The notes under the pieces: generated by a model
Seen by the model: the letters and a program-made list of their open reading frames with translations, nothing else
Told to the model about the DNA's origin: nothing
The model's database searches: none
Part shown: positions 1-12,059 of the stretch, piece by piece
Position numbering within the stretch: position 1 is the stretch's first letter
Layout of the letters: each line of letters starts with the position of its first letter
Position numbers and translations under genes: made by a program
Origin: Octopus bimaculoides
Lineage: Eukaryota
DNA: 46,162 nt
Assembly (NCBI RefSeq): GCF_001194135.2
Contig: NC_068997.1
Location: forward strand, 30,741,360 to 30,787,521
Reading direction: 5' to 3'

Positions 1-62
1 TATATATATATATATATATATAAATATATATAAGTATATATAAGTATATATATAAATATATA
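1..62. repeat. (TA)n microsatellite
   Basis: Direct reading; interrupted TA run. Confidence 0.95.
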
Positions 63-259
63 CACATACATATTATCTTCTATTTCTCTATCTCTCTCTT
101 CCGCCCTCTCTTTCCATCCCTTTTTAACTTCCTCTGACGTCCTCTTTCTCTTGCTCTCTTTCTCCCTCCCACACTGTTTAGGAATATGATTAGGATCATC
201 ATTTACAGATTCTATGGATTTTGCACTGAGTTCACAAAGCAGTTTCAACTGCGCCTTAC

Positions 260-370
260 TTTGCAAAAATCTTTTCTTTTTATGATAGTAAAAGACATCA
301 ATATCACAAAATCTCATTTTTTTCACAAATTTAATTGTCTGCTTATTAAAATTATTAATCTTGTAGCTCC
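260..370 (-). CDS. Candidate internal exon of unidentified minus-strand host gene (phase 1-1; SYKINNFNKQTIKFVKKMRFCDIDVFYYHKKKRFLQ)
   Basis: Minus strand shows the acceptor ctttatttttctacacttatctctcttaag| and the donor CAAA|gtaagg. Only one frame is open, and it is phase-compatible with the 736-767 exon. Confidence 0.4.
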
Positions 371-735
371 CTTAAGAGAGATAAGTGTAGAAAAATAAAG
401 AACTGCTATATTTAAATCCTATCAAACTTTGGTATTTTGAGCCTTCAATTGATGCCTGCCTTTCTGCTATTTGTAAATAATACTTGTGATCTAATCAGGT
501 AAGATTTAGAAGAGCAGCAATTTAACATATTTCAAACATATAATGAGAAAAGACTCATATAGAAATCAATAATTAACTGATATTGGTAGTTGTCTCGCTT
601 ATTGGTTTTGGATTATCAATGTCCACAAAAGATATTTTTGTTTACTAATTTATCTTACTATATAGCATAACTGAAACCCTGATACATATGTGTACTTATA
701 TATTTTCAGATTTAAGGACATATTTCTTGCATTAC

Positions 736-767
736 CTGTGTTTAGAATAGACTTCCATCTGGAAATC
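736..767 (-). CDS. Candidate 32-nt exon (ISRWKSILNT, or DFQMEVYSKH in the other open frame)
   Basis: Strong acceptor catttcttttattttcag| and donor CACAG|gtaatg on the minus strand. Confidence 0.4.
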
Positions 768-1209
768 CTGAAAATAAAAGAAATGGTATTAAATATGAAA
801 AAGAATGATCGAGATCCATCTTCCGACAACACATCATACAGAGAAGAGATTATTGAATATAAATAGTGCATGTGAGTATAGCAACAGTTATCTGATGGAG
901 ATAATCTAATCCATAATATCTCAGATACACATGATTTCATTTGTTTTTCCTTTATAGGTTTTTATAATTTCTTCTTTATAGTTTTAGCATGGTAAATTGA
1001 TTTTGACATGGAATTTGAATGGATAAAATCTTCTGGTTAGAAACAGCATCACATGATGATGAGAGAATTTCTATTTAATCAATTGAAACATTAATGTAAA
1101 ATTTGTAAGCCGTATCAAACTAAGAATTGTATACAATATCATACATGCACCTTTAAAAATGACTAAAATGAAGGGAAGAAAGAGTGCAAAGAAAGAACAA
1201 TTAAAAGGT

Positions 1210-1395
1210 TGCTGAACTCTATATGTTTTCTGTTTCACTCTCTCTCTGTTTATTTCCTCTTATTCCTATTTGTAAAAGAGCGTAGGCTCGAAACACAAAA
1301 TACTTTTCCAATTTTCCCGAGCATCAAACTAATGCACTTGCTTGTTCTTACACCTGTCTTCGTCTATAAATTTTCTATAAATTTGAACTATATAT
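1210..1395 (+). repeat. Short dispersed repeat (probable Penelope-like terminal-repeat remnant) ending at (TA)n; degenerate copy of 28040-28233
   Basis: Shares GAGCGTAGGCT(C/T)GAAAC, AAACTAAT-CA and CACC-TCTTCGTCT motifs with 28040-28233. Confidence 0.5.
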
Positions 1396-1420
1396 ATATA
1401 TTCTTTCATGATTTTATTAT

Positions 1421-1646
1421 TTTATTGTTTTACTTGTTTCAGTTATTTGATTGTGGCCATGCTGGTGCAAACATGTTTAGTCAAACAAATTGACCCCAGT
1501 ACTTATTGTTTATAAGCTTAGAACCTATTCTATCGGTATTTTTTGCCGAACCATTAAATTACATGGTCATAAACACATCAACATTAGTCATCAAGTGATG
1601 TTCGGGGACAAACATAGACATGCAGATACACACACACACACACACA
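1421..1646 (-). mobile_element. 3' portion of a tRNA-derived SINE with an internal CA/TA microsatellite; split by the Penelope-like element
   Basis: Resembles, from recall, an octopus SINE body (..ttttacttgtttcag..tgtggccatgctgg..gaccccag..tattctatcggt..ttgccgaacc..ggggacaaaca) and runs into (CA)n. Confidence 0.6.
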
Positions 1647-1870
1647 TTAGGGAATACAATTCCAAAACTTACAGTGAAAATTCAATTTAGCAATTCTAAG
1701 TCAAATTTCCCCAACATATAATGCATATATAATTTAGAGAAAAACCAACTATTAACAAATTTAACGATGAAAAATGTCATTCAAAAACATCTAGAAAAAT
1801 AAATATACCTAAAAGCCCTATTCCAAAAATCAATAAATTACACAATCAATAAAGAGTAAATAACCATAAA

Positions 1871-1966
1871 AGACAACGCGCGTTTCGTGGCTATATTTAA
1901 AATAAATTCGATTCAATCTAAAAATAAATTCAATTCGATCTAAAAATATAGTCACACTTCAGGTCT
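1871..1966 (-). ncRNA. Minimal type I hammerhead ribozyme-like motif in the 3' pLTR (variant core CUGAAGU)
   Basis: Minus strand reads agac-CUGAAGU-gugacuauauuu...aaauauagccac-GAAAC-GCGC-GUU-gucu: 4-bp stem I, 12-bp stem II (1 mismatch), palindromic stem III. Confidence 0.6.
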
Positions 1967-2554
1967 AAAATAAATCATAAGAATAAAAAAAATCATTGTA
2001 CGTATCTAATCTTATAATGAAATATCAAATAAATATATAATGATACTTGTTTTAACAATAAATAATCGAAATATTTAACAACATTACTTAAAATAAAAAC
2101 ATGACTTATCTTATCGGGGAAGTAATGTTAAACTAAAATTTCAAACGTAATACGAAGATCTTAACGTTTATAAGAAAAATATTGCGCGAAAATATGGCAT
2201 AAATATAAGAATGATAGAATAAATAGATAGAGTATGTAGTTAAACTGTTAAAATGACAAAATGTATATTAGCTGTGAGAATAAGAAAAATTAATTGTAGT
2301 ATATCATTTACTGGAAAATTATAAAGTCTAAATAATCTAAAACTTAAGTATATGCATAAGTTAAGCTAAATTTCTATAATTAATCTATGTATTAAATAAT
2401 TTATTTATTTAAAAGAACTTCTTAGTTTAATCTTATTTTAAATATGTAATATACCCAATATAATGTTGTGCTAAAATACATATTTCACTACTACAAATTA
2501 TATATACAACAATTAGTATCATAAAAAAAGGGTTTATATACACACACACAAATT

Positions 2555-3020
2555 AGTTAAACTTATTATATAAGTAATTTAACTTATGTCTACGTTTAAT
2601 TTTACGTTCATCTAGGGAATTAATCAAATTTTTATTATTAGTTTATAATATCTCCTTCAATTCATTAGTACATAAACAAAAATTACTACCTATTCGATAA
2701 GATCTTGCATTACAAACTCTCCCAATTTAAATTGTACTTAATATTTTTAGATTTTAGTTCCCATATACATTTACTAAGGCCAGTAGAATTAATTAAGCTT
2801 CTATTCTTAAATGAATTCATGCGTTGAACCACCCATAAATTAATTTTATTAAAAGTCGGCCCTATGTAAATAGTATTTAAATTATAACAATTTCTATTAT
2901 TATTATTATTATCAATCAAAGTCATTGCACATTTATATACTACATCCTCCAAATTACATTTATTATTAAATTTACATTTACATTTATCTCTACTTGTACA
3001 ATTATTTATATTCTGGTCTA

Positions 3021-3053
<33 letters not shown>

Positions 3054-4956
3054 ATAATTATTAAATTTGTTTTTGTAAAACTTATTCAGCCGAAATTTAT
3101 TAAATATCCATAATTATTACCAGAAAAATCCTTATATATTTTATTATCTCTAATGAATACTTCAATTATATTTAGAATCTATTTGACAAGGTTTGTTCTA
3201 ACTTGAACTCTATAATGAATAATTAACCAAATTTTGCTCTTGTCATTTATATTATTATATTTATTTTTTATATCATTAAATTTATCATTATCATTAAAGG
3301 AATTAAGTTCAATCTTAATTTTTAGTATATTATCATTATATTAATGTTTTTGTTTTGTATAATCATAATACTTATTATCAATACCAGAATTACCAAACTA
3401 AATCATATCATAATTCTTTAATGTTAGGTTTATTATTATAAAAAATATAGGAATCATTTATATTATCTTCTTTTATATTATAATTATATTTTGAATTATT
3501 AAAGAATCTAATATTATTATTACATTCCGCCTCCCACAGTGCTTCATTATAATAAGTTGCGTATTTTTGGAAAATCTCAAAATTAGAAAAAAGCAACAAT
3601 ATTCTTTTACTCATATTATCTTTCAACGATTTCTTAATTGAGGGTGGATGATTACTATTAGCGCTAATATATCTAAGGTTTTCATTAATTTTATTGAATG
3701 GTTGGGTTTTATCTCTTATTAAATTAAAATTAGCATGTAAATAATTAACATTATAGTTCTCATTATAAATAGTAATACTTAATCCATTTTTTAAAAAAAA
3801 ACTATATGGTTTTTTCTTATATAATTCTAGTGTTCTATTGGTGCAATTCTTAGTTATTAATAAAAGGTCATCCCTAAATAAACCACCCTCCAACTTTAAA
3901 TTTTCTAATTGAAGTTCCGATAATAAATAAATACCTACTAAATCAGTTACCTGTGCAGAATCAGGTGTCCCTGTAGGTATATCAAAATAGTCCCTAGTAT
4001 CCTTCCTAGCCCACAGCTTATTATTGTATCTAATCAACGATTTCCTAGCTGTTTTAACTACATTAACTTCATCATAAGTCATTCCTACCTTATTCATTGC
4101 ATAAATAAGGGCCTTATTCAGGATGATCTCATTAATAGAAGAATAATAATTATCTATATCTATTTGAATGAATTTATATCTATTTTTATCTTTAATATTT
4201 TTAAACCATTTTAAAGTATCACTAGTACTAGTCCAAAGTTTAAGGTTATTAATTTCATTTGATCTATTAATATAGTTATTTAAAATGATTTCACTTAATT
4301 TACCTAGATCTGATTTACATGGACAAATAAGTCTAACTTTTGGGTCAGAATAAAAATTATCCTTGTGGTCTTTTAAAGTAATTCTAGCGTGCATAGGTAC
4401 ATAAAGTTCAGTTTTATTATCTAAGTTATATTTCATCATGATTAATTTAGAGGCTTTATTTATATTATAAAGAGTATTTTCTAGAACAGTTTTATATATT
4501 TTTTTATTAATTTCTTTCTCTAATAGGTTATCATATAATTTAACATCTAGTTTATACAGGTTCCTAGTTTTATCTGATTGTACTATAATTCCATCCATAT
4601 CTTGCATTTCCTTTCTTCTAATTGCTAGATTTTTTAAATATTCATTATGTATATTTGGATATTTATGAAATTTAATATTTTTCATCACCTTCCAAATATT
4701 ATCCTCTAAAACCTGTATATCTCTACTATACGGGGATTTCTTTCTAGATTTAAATCTTGAATTGATATAATTAGTATTCTCCAGATCGTTGATATTAGAT
4801 ATGTTACAGTTATTGTAGTAGGTTTTCCATTTAATTCTCTTAATAATCTTTAATATTCTTAATAAGTTTCGAATTATATTCTTTTCTGGATGGTACTGGA
4901 ATATCCTTCAAAGATGAATTCCAAAATATCGGTTCTATCTTACCTGTAAGTTCCAT
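2555..4956 (-). pseudogene. PLE reverse transcriptase + GIY-YIG endonuclease ORF (frameshifted; longest open piece 3408-4688)
   Basis: Motifs in order: MELTGK..SLKDIPVPSRKEY; KVRLICPCKSDLGK; FIQIDIDNYYSSI; FDIPTGTPDSAQVTDLVGIYLL; GLFRDDLL; YISANSNHPPSIKK; Cys linker CTSRDKCKCKFNNKC; DVVYKC..IYIG..NSTGLSKCIWELK; ARSYRIGSNFCLC..RHK. Confidence 0.9.
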
Positions 4957-5916
4957 AACTAACGAAATTGAGAGTTAAAACCAATCGATAAACGTTAGTT
5001 ATAAATATAAATAAGAATATTACAATGATAATATTACGGAATACAATTCCAAAACGTACAGTGAAAATTAAATTTAGCACTTTTAACTCAAATTTCCCAA
5101 TATATAATTCATATATAATTTAAAGAAAAATCAACTATTAACAAACACAGATAGTTTTTAAGGCAAAATCTTATCGAATAGGTAGTAATTTTTGTTTATT
5201 ATGTACTAATGAATTTAAGGAGATATTAACTAATACTAAAAAATTTGGTTAATTCCCTAGGTGAACGTAAAATTAAATGTAAACATAAGTTAAATTACTT
5301 ATATAATAACTTCACCTAATTTGTGTATATATATAAACCCTATTTTATCATACTAATTGTTGTAGATATAATTTGTAACAGTGAAATGTGTATATTAGCA
5401 CTAGATAATATTGGGTATATTACATATTTAGAATAAGATTAAACTAAGAATTTTATTAAATAAATAAATTAATTAATAAATAGATTAATTATAGAAATTT
5501 AGCTTAGCTTATGTATATACATATTTAAGTTTTAGATTATTTAGACTTTATAATATTCCAGTAAATGATATACTACAGTTAATTTTTCTTATTCTCACAA
5601 CTAAAATACATTTTATCATTTTAACAGTTTAACTACATATTCTAACAATTTATTCTATCATTCTTATATTTATGCCATATTTTCACGCGATATTTTTCTT
5701 ATAAACGCTAAGATCTTCGTATTACGTTTGAAATTTTAGTTTAACAGTTATTCCCCAATAACATAATTCATGTCTTTATTTTAAGGAATATTGTTAAATA
5801 TTTCTATTATTTATTGTTAAAACAAGTATTATTATATATTTATTTGATATTTTATTATAAGATTAGATAGTACAATGATTTTATTATTATTTTTTTTTAT
5901 TCTTACGATTTATTTT

Positions 5917-5990
5917 AGACCTGAAGTGTGACTATATTTTTAGATTGAATCGAATTTATTTTAAATATAGCCACGAAACGCACGTAGTCT
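5917..5990 (+). ncRNA. Second hammerhead-like motif, in the inverted pLTR
   Basis: Plus strand reads agac-CTGAAGT-gtgactatattt...aaatatagccac-GAAAC-GCAC-GTA-gtct. Confidence 0.6.
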
Positions 5991-6135
5991 TTTATGGTTA
6001 TTTGCTCTTTATTGATTGTGTAATTTATGGATTTTTGGAATAGTGCTTTGAAGTATATTTATTTTGCTAGATGTTTTTGAATGACAATTTTCATTGTTGG
6101 GTTTGTTAATAGTTGGTTTTACTCTAAATTATATG

Positions 6136-6137
<2 letters not shown>

Positions 6138-6205
<68 letters not shown>

Positions 6206-6360
6206 CGATGGGCGTCTTTCCGTTTCCATCTACAAAATCCACATGTCAGATTTTGGTTGGCCATAGGCTATAGCAGAAGAAATCTGCCCAAGATGCCACA
6301 CAGTGGTAATGAGCCCGGAATCTTGTGGTTGTGAAACGAGGTTTTTATTATTAGCCGCAC
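6138..6360 (-). mobile_element. (TA)n plus 5' portion (body and degenerate tRNA head) of the split SINE
   Basis: tacgatgggcgtctttccgtttccatctac..ggctatagcagaaga..gcccaagatgccacacagtgg..cccggaa: from recall, the part of this SINE that follows its internal microsatellite. Confidence 0.6.
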
Positions 6361-6384
6361 ATATGTATTATATAGCCAGCGAGC

Positions 6385-6570
6385 TGACAAAATCTTTAGC
6401 ACGCCAGCCAAAGTGCATAGTGGCATTTCATTCGTCTTTGCATTCTGGGTTGAAATTCCGCCGAGGTTGACTGACTTTCTTCCTTTTGTCATCAATTAAA
6501 TGAGTACAAGTGGAGAATTTGGGGTGATGTAATCAACTACTTCCCTCCTATATATTCGAGTCCTTGCGCA
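6385..6570 (+). mobile_element. Degenerate tRNA-derived SINE (same family as 18779-18990)
   Basis: gcgagctgacaaaatctttagcacgcc..ctgggttgaaattccgccgaggttgact..gtac..ggggtgatgtaatcaact aligns by eye with 18779-18990. Confidence 0.65.
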
Positions 6571-6599
6571 TACAGAAGAAAGTATATATATATAATTTG

Positions 6600-7775
6600 G
6601 GAATAAAAATAATGTCCGATTTTATAGGTGAAATTTTAAACGACATTTATTAAAGTATTGTCTCCTGTTATCAATCATGATATAAAAATATGAATAATTC
6701 ATATTTCGTTCTTTCGGGTTAAAAGAATATTGTTCACAATCTCCTTCGATATTTACCCCCCGATGTTCGTCCCAGTTAAAGGATACATTAGACATTATTT
6801 ACTCTATAATTTTCATAAAAATGTCAACGCGAGTCTAGCAGTAAAATTCATTTGAAATTATTTATGGAGATACTATAGTGAATGAAAGAATTTGCTGGAG
6901 GTAGTTTTCTAGTTTTCAAAGAGAGGAATTTTGACTTTGATGATGAGACAAATGTAGGGCGCCCTAAAAGCCCTGAATCCCAATAGTTGGAAACTGTTAT
7001 CACAGCAAACCTTCTCACTTGTGCTAGGGAACTTAAAGAGAAATTTAAATAAGTCATATGACTATCCTATGCGAACTGAAAAGAACTGGAAAAGCTTCAG
7101 GATTTGGAAAATGGGTCCTGCTCAATCTTTCTCCAGAGAATCTGTAACAACATGTCATTTGTTACGAATCATTGCTTCACAACAACGTCAGATACTATGT
7201 TTTTGATAAGCTTGTTATTGGTGATGAGAAGTGGATCCTTTATCATAAAGTTAGACGCTGTAATTAAGGGATCAATGGAAGAAACAGGCTTGCTCAGCAA
7301 GCAAGAGGATGGTTTCATTCAAAGAAGATCTTGTTAAGTGTATGGTGGGATATTCAATGAAATACTTTACAAACTGTTAGGTAATACTCAAACAATCGAC
7401 GCCAGATACTAAGGAGATCAACTTTGTCATTCGAAAGCAGCTTAGACAAAAATCGCCCATTCTCAGTCACCTGAAAGGGAGTTATTCAGCATCACGTTGT
7501 CTGCCCACACACTGCACGATTGCCTGAAGATCTCTTAGAATAGCGCCATTAGGCGAAATTGATTCATCCTCCATAATGTCCTGACTGCACTTTCTGATTA
7601 TCTCTTGTTTAGGGGACCTACAAAATTATTTAGCTGGTCCTGAAATGGCACTAAGAGAAGAGTTTGGACGCAAATTGATATCGTATATTTCATAAATTTT
7701 AAAAAGGTGGCATCTATAAACTTGTTGACGGATGGAATGAGTTTCTACGAAGTAATGGATGTTACGTTCAGGAGT
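6600..7775 (+). mobile_element. mariner DNA transposon remnant (decayed transposase from ~6764)
   Basis: YIRHYLLYNF; FDDETNVGRP; VIGDEKWILY; HSKKILLSVWWD; SDYLLFR.LQNYL; GIYKLVDGW. Many stops and frameshifts. Confidence 0.85.
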
Positions 7776-7799
7776 AATTCTACATATATATATAACAAA

Positions 7800-8330
7800 G
7801 GATGTCTGTGTGTGTGTGTCTGTGTGTGTAATACGTATGCATTTCTAAAGTTTTCAACTGGCTTTTTCCATACTTTATACACACATTAATTATGTGCCAC
7901 GGATGTTCATGCACTATAACATTTTGCGATAAAACCGACCGTGAAATAAAGTACTCCGTTTATTTAAATAAACTATATGCATTTCTTATTCTATCGAAAA
8001 CCATTGTGTAATATTGCTTCACTTTTATTCTTTCATTATTGTGCGCGTGTTTCAAAACGTGACGTCACATATCTGAGTGTATGTGTGGGAGTGTATGAAT
8101 GTGTTTGTCTCTCTGACTGTATATGTGTTTCCGCGTTAGGTGCGCTATTAAACATGCACAAACATCTACGCATACATATACACATGTGACGATTGATATG
8201 CATCAATGTGTCTCTCTTACCATATGTATGTGTCTGCATGTGAGAGTGTATGTGTGCATATCGTCACATTTTGTATATGAATGTGTATGTGTCTGTGAGT
8301 CTGATGGTGTTTGTGCACCTGTTACCTACG
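7800..8330. repeat. GT/TG-rich degenerate simple repeats
   Basis: (TG)n and TGTA/TGTG-rich low-complexity sequence. Confidence 0.7.
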
Positions 8331-8562
8331 TTCTTAAACACATATACATCTACACAAACTCTTGACAAAAAGGTCCAAGTTATATAAAAATTCACATCTA
8401 CCGTCACATTAACAGTTCATCATTATCGCAGCAGTTGCAAGGTATTTAAAGTTCGCTTATATTTGGTTACTTTACACCTCATACAAAAAAATAGACATAC
8501 TACATACGTACAACTGCTTACAAAAATGGATATTAATCAATATTTTTTTCTCTTGAAAAAAT

Positions 8563-9250
8563 ATGCTACTAAAGAAAAAACGTAATCTCTCCAGAAACGT
8601 CTATAAAGCAAGGAGGAGTGCAGAAAACCGAAGTTGACAGTCTCAAGAGTTCAGGCACATGAGACTTTCTCAACATCAGCAAAGGCATGCTGCAGCATGT
8701 CAGATGGAGTTTCAATACAGAATGGACATGACACCTTCCAAAGATCAACAAACGCATGCTGCAGTACGTCAAATACAGCCTCAAGAGAGAAAGGAGATTA
8801 GACCTTCTCAGCATCACCAAAAGCATGCTGCAGCACGTCTGATGGAGTCCTAAGACAGAAGGTAGATGAGACTTTCTTATGATAAGCAAAGGCATGCTGC
8901 AGCACGCCAGGAAGAGTCTCAAGAGAGAAGGGAGATGAGACTTTCCTAAGATCAGCAAAAGGTATGCTGCAGCACATAATGCTGAATCATTAAAACAACA
9001 TTTAGCATGTCCGATTACTCATAGGGCCAATAGAATATCTCTCTGAAACAGACCATGTACAAATTCGTTCTTCACAGCACCTGGAGCTGCTTTCAGATAC
9101 GATCCATTCTATTCTTATGAAAATGATAATTGGTGTCCAAATTGTTGTGCTAAACTCAAATTATCGTTTGTGCACAGCTTTAACATTTACTCCACCAATG
9201 TTTGGTCGTAAATGCTGCACTTTCTTGTATCACCTGTTTCAATATCAATG
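8563..9250 (+). pseudogene. Helitron Rep/helicase N-terminal remnant (basic N-terminus, 23-aa repeats, AAFRYDP, Cys motif)
   Basis: MLLKKKRNLSRNVYKARR; five 23-aa repeats such as RLSQHQQRHAAARLMES..RREM; GAAFRYDPFYSYEN; RLCTALTF..KCC, similar to the Helitron C-x2-C-xA(L)KF..CC motif. Contains stops. Confidence 0.65.
8640..8975 (+). repeat. 69-bp tandem repeat x5 (codes 23-aa STPR-like units)
   Basis: The G(C/T)ATGCTGCAG anchor occurs at 8685, 8754, 8823, 8892 and 8962 (spacing 69, 69, 69, 70). Confidence 0.9.
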
Positions 9251-9972
9251 TAATATATATATATATATANNNNNNNNNNNNNNNNNNNNNNNNNNNNNNN
9301 NNNNNNNNNNNNNNNNNNNNNNNNNNNNNNNNNNNNNNNNNNNNNNNNNNNNNNNNNNNNNNNNNNNNNNNNNNNNNNNNNNNNNNNNNNNNNNNNNNNN
9401 NNNNNNNNNNNNNNNNNNNNNNNNNNNNNNNNNNNNNNNNNNNNNNNNNNNNNNNNNNNNNNNNNNNNNNNNNNNNNNNNNNNNNNNNNNNNNNNNNNNN
9501 NNNNNNNNNNNNNNNNNNNNNNNNNNNNNNNNNNNNNNNNNNNNNNNNNNNNNNNNNNNNNNNNNNNNNNNNNNNNNNNNNNNNNNNNNNNNNNNNNNNN
9601 NNNNNNNNNNNNNNNNNNNNNNNNNNNNNNNNNNNNNNNNNNNNNNNNNNNNNNNNNNNNNNNNNNNNNNNNNNNNNNNNNNNNNNNNNNNNNNNNNNNN
9701 NNNNNNNNNNNNNNNNNNNNNNNNNNNNNNNNNNNNNNNNNNNNNNNNNNNNNNNNNNNNNNNNNNNNNNNNNNNNNNNNNNNNNNNNNNNNNNNNNNNN
9801 NNNNNNNNNNNNNNNNNNNNNNNNNNNNNNNNNNNNNNNNNNNNNNNNNNNNNNNNNNNNNNNNNNNNNNNNNNNNNNNNNNNNNNNNNNNNNNNNNNNN
9901 NNNNNNNNNNNNNNNNNNNNNNNNNNNNNNNNNNNNNNNNNNNNNNNNNNNNNNNNNNNNNNNNNNNNNNNN

Positions 9973-10003
<31 letters not shown>

Positions 10004-10063
10004 CATACATATATATTGATATGTATTTAAGTATGTATTACGTAAGCCTGTATGCAGATATAC

Positions 10064-10113
10064 CTGTACAGGCGTGGATGTAAACTTTTCAGATTTCTTG
10101 CCATTTCCGTGCT
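10064..10113 (-). CDS. Weak candidate exon (STEMARNLKSLHPRLY), phase 0-2
   Basis: Acceptor gcactaaatcccag| and donor CAG|gtatat; phase-compatible with the 736-767 exon. Acceptor is weak. Confidence 0.2.
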
Positions 10114-11082
10114 CTGGGATTTAGTGCATCAGCACAGCACCTTTAGAAAATTATTTTCTACAATAGTATTAACCAAAATCTTTCAAATGGTGATGCTAGA
10201 CAGAAAGTGAAAGGAGCTCATCTCCTGTGTATATATGTGAGTATATATATATATATAATTTTGTTTAAAAGAGTTCCAACACTGTCTGTTTTTTATGTTT
10301 TATTTATATTCCTGCAGAACTAATGTGGGGTATAGAATATGGAATATACAATATATAATATAATATACAATATAAAATAAAATAAAATAAAAATGGATGG
10401 CACCATGGAAGAAAGTATTGAATGTAGATGAAATATTGAGTGTTCAATATAAAGGATCAAATATATAAATATATAAATATATAAAGGCGACTCGAGTTTC
10501 NNNNNNNNNNNNNNNNNNNNNNNNNNNNNNNNNNNNNNNNNNNNNNNNNNNNNNNNNNNNNNNNNNNNNNNNNNNNNNNNNNNNNNNNNNNNNNNNNNNN
10601 NNNNNNNNNNNNNNNNNNNNNNNNNNNNNNNNNNNNNNNNNNNNNNNNNNNNNNNNNNNNNNNNNNNNNNNNNNNNNNNNNNNNNNNNNNNNNNNNNNNN
10701 NNNNNNNNNNNNNNNNNNNNNNNNNNNNNNNNNNNNNNNNNNNNNNNNNNNNNNNNNNNNNNNNNNNNNNNNNNNNNNNNNNNNNNNNNNNNNNNNNNNN
10801 NNNNNNNNNNNNNNNNNNNNNNNNNNNNNNNNNNNNNNNNNNNNNNNNNNNNNNNNNNNNNNNNNNNNNNNNNNNNNNNNNNNNNNNNNNNNNNNNNNNN
10901 NNNNNNNNNNNNNNNNNNNNNNNNNNNNNNNNNNNNNNNNNNNNNNNNNNNNNNNNNNNNNNNNNNNNNNNNNNNNNNNNNNNNNNNNNNNNNNNNNNNN
11001 NNNNNNNNNNNNNNNNNNNNNNNNNNNNNNNNNNNNNNNNNNNNNNNNNNNNNNNNNNNNNNNNNNNNNNNNNNNNNNNNNN

Positions 11083-11124
<42 letters not shown>

Positions 11125-12059
11125 GTTAAGGAGAATTTCGGATAGGTTCAAGAATCTAAATGTACATATATTCTGCCATGGATCAATGTACATCGTTGTA
11201 AGAGTAATTAAATTATTAAAACATATTAAATATCTATGAATACACAAATATAAAAAAATCGAATATACATATATAAGTAGATGAGTGAAATTAGGTTAGT
11301 ACGGCGTTGTAAAAGTCATTATAATGAAAATAGACCCTTACAAAAAAGTGAATAAAATAAAATCTTTCGAAGAGCGAATTTAAAAACATTGTAGTGTTGA
11401 GGTTGCATTTTTCAAAAAAAAAATTATGTAAATAATCTAAGAGAATAAGTAATCTTGTTTAGGTAAACTGCTGGTAGTAACCCTCTTACGGCTGTTTCGG
11501 GAGTACAGTAATCCATAAATTTTAAGTGTATTTTCACTCCAAAAATTGAATACTACCCCCTTTACCTGAGAGTATGTCATTCAGGATTCACTTTTCATGC
11601 AACGTTGTACTGGTTAAATGAGATTTAGTTATAAAGGGAGATACAATTTTTAACAGAAGGAAAATATGTTTTAACAGGAATTATGGGATATGCGATTTGG
11701 AAGATGTTATAAATGTTATGCAGGTAATAATTGTTCAATATAAAGTTACAGAATGATAGGAGTATAGACATCAATTAAAATATAGATAATTAAAAATTAA
11801 ATGGTTAGTTTATCGAAGTTTATCAAAATATTTAAATGTTGAACGGTATCTATGGTTACAGGAAAATATAGCCCCCGAAAACTTATTTTAATGATGTACG
11901 TTCATATCAACGAAAAATTATCATGGACTCACTAATGCACAATTTACATACAAACCTAACTGTATTGTATGGGGGTACGTCTGCTATTTCAGACCAAGAT
12001 AATGAGTGTTGTACATTTTTTAGTTTAAGTTCTTGTATATTCGAAGCTAGCGTTGTAGA

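Larger units (their letters stand above)
1647..6137 (-). mobile_element. Penelope-like retroelement (Naiad-like), near full length, decayed, with inverted plus direct pLTRs
   Basis: RT and C-terminal GIY-YIG remnants. 1722-2709 is an inverted repeat of ~5162-6137, and 1651-1759 is a direct repeat of 5038-5145. Hammerhead-like motif in the pLTR. Confidence 0.9.

Noticed and set aside
428-490. Minus-strand exon candidate HKYYLQIAERQASIEGSKYQ
   Set aside because: The donor is weak and it would need a 57-bp intron; the flanking exons join in phase without it.
8640-8975. CRISPR-like regular repeat
   Set aside because: Eukaryotic DNA; the whole 69-bp unit is repeated with no unique spacers and no cas genes.
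11480-11600. Minus-strand GAAACAGCCGUA, hammerhead 3' half
   Set aside because: No CUGANGA at the base of the candidate stem II.
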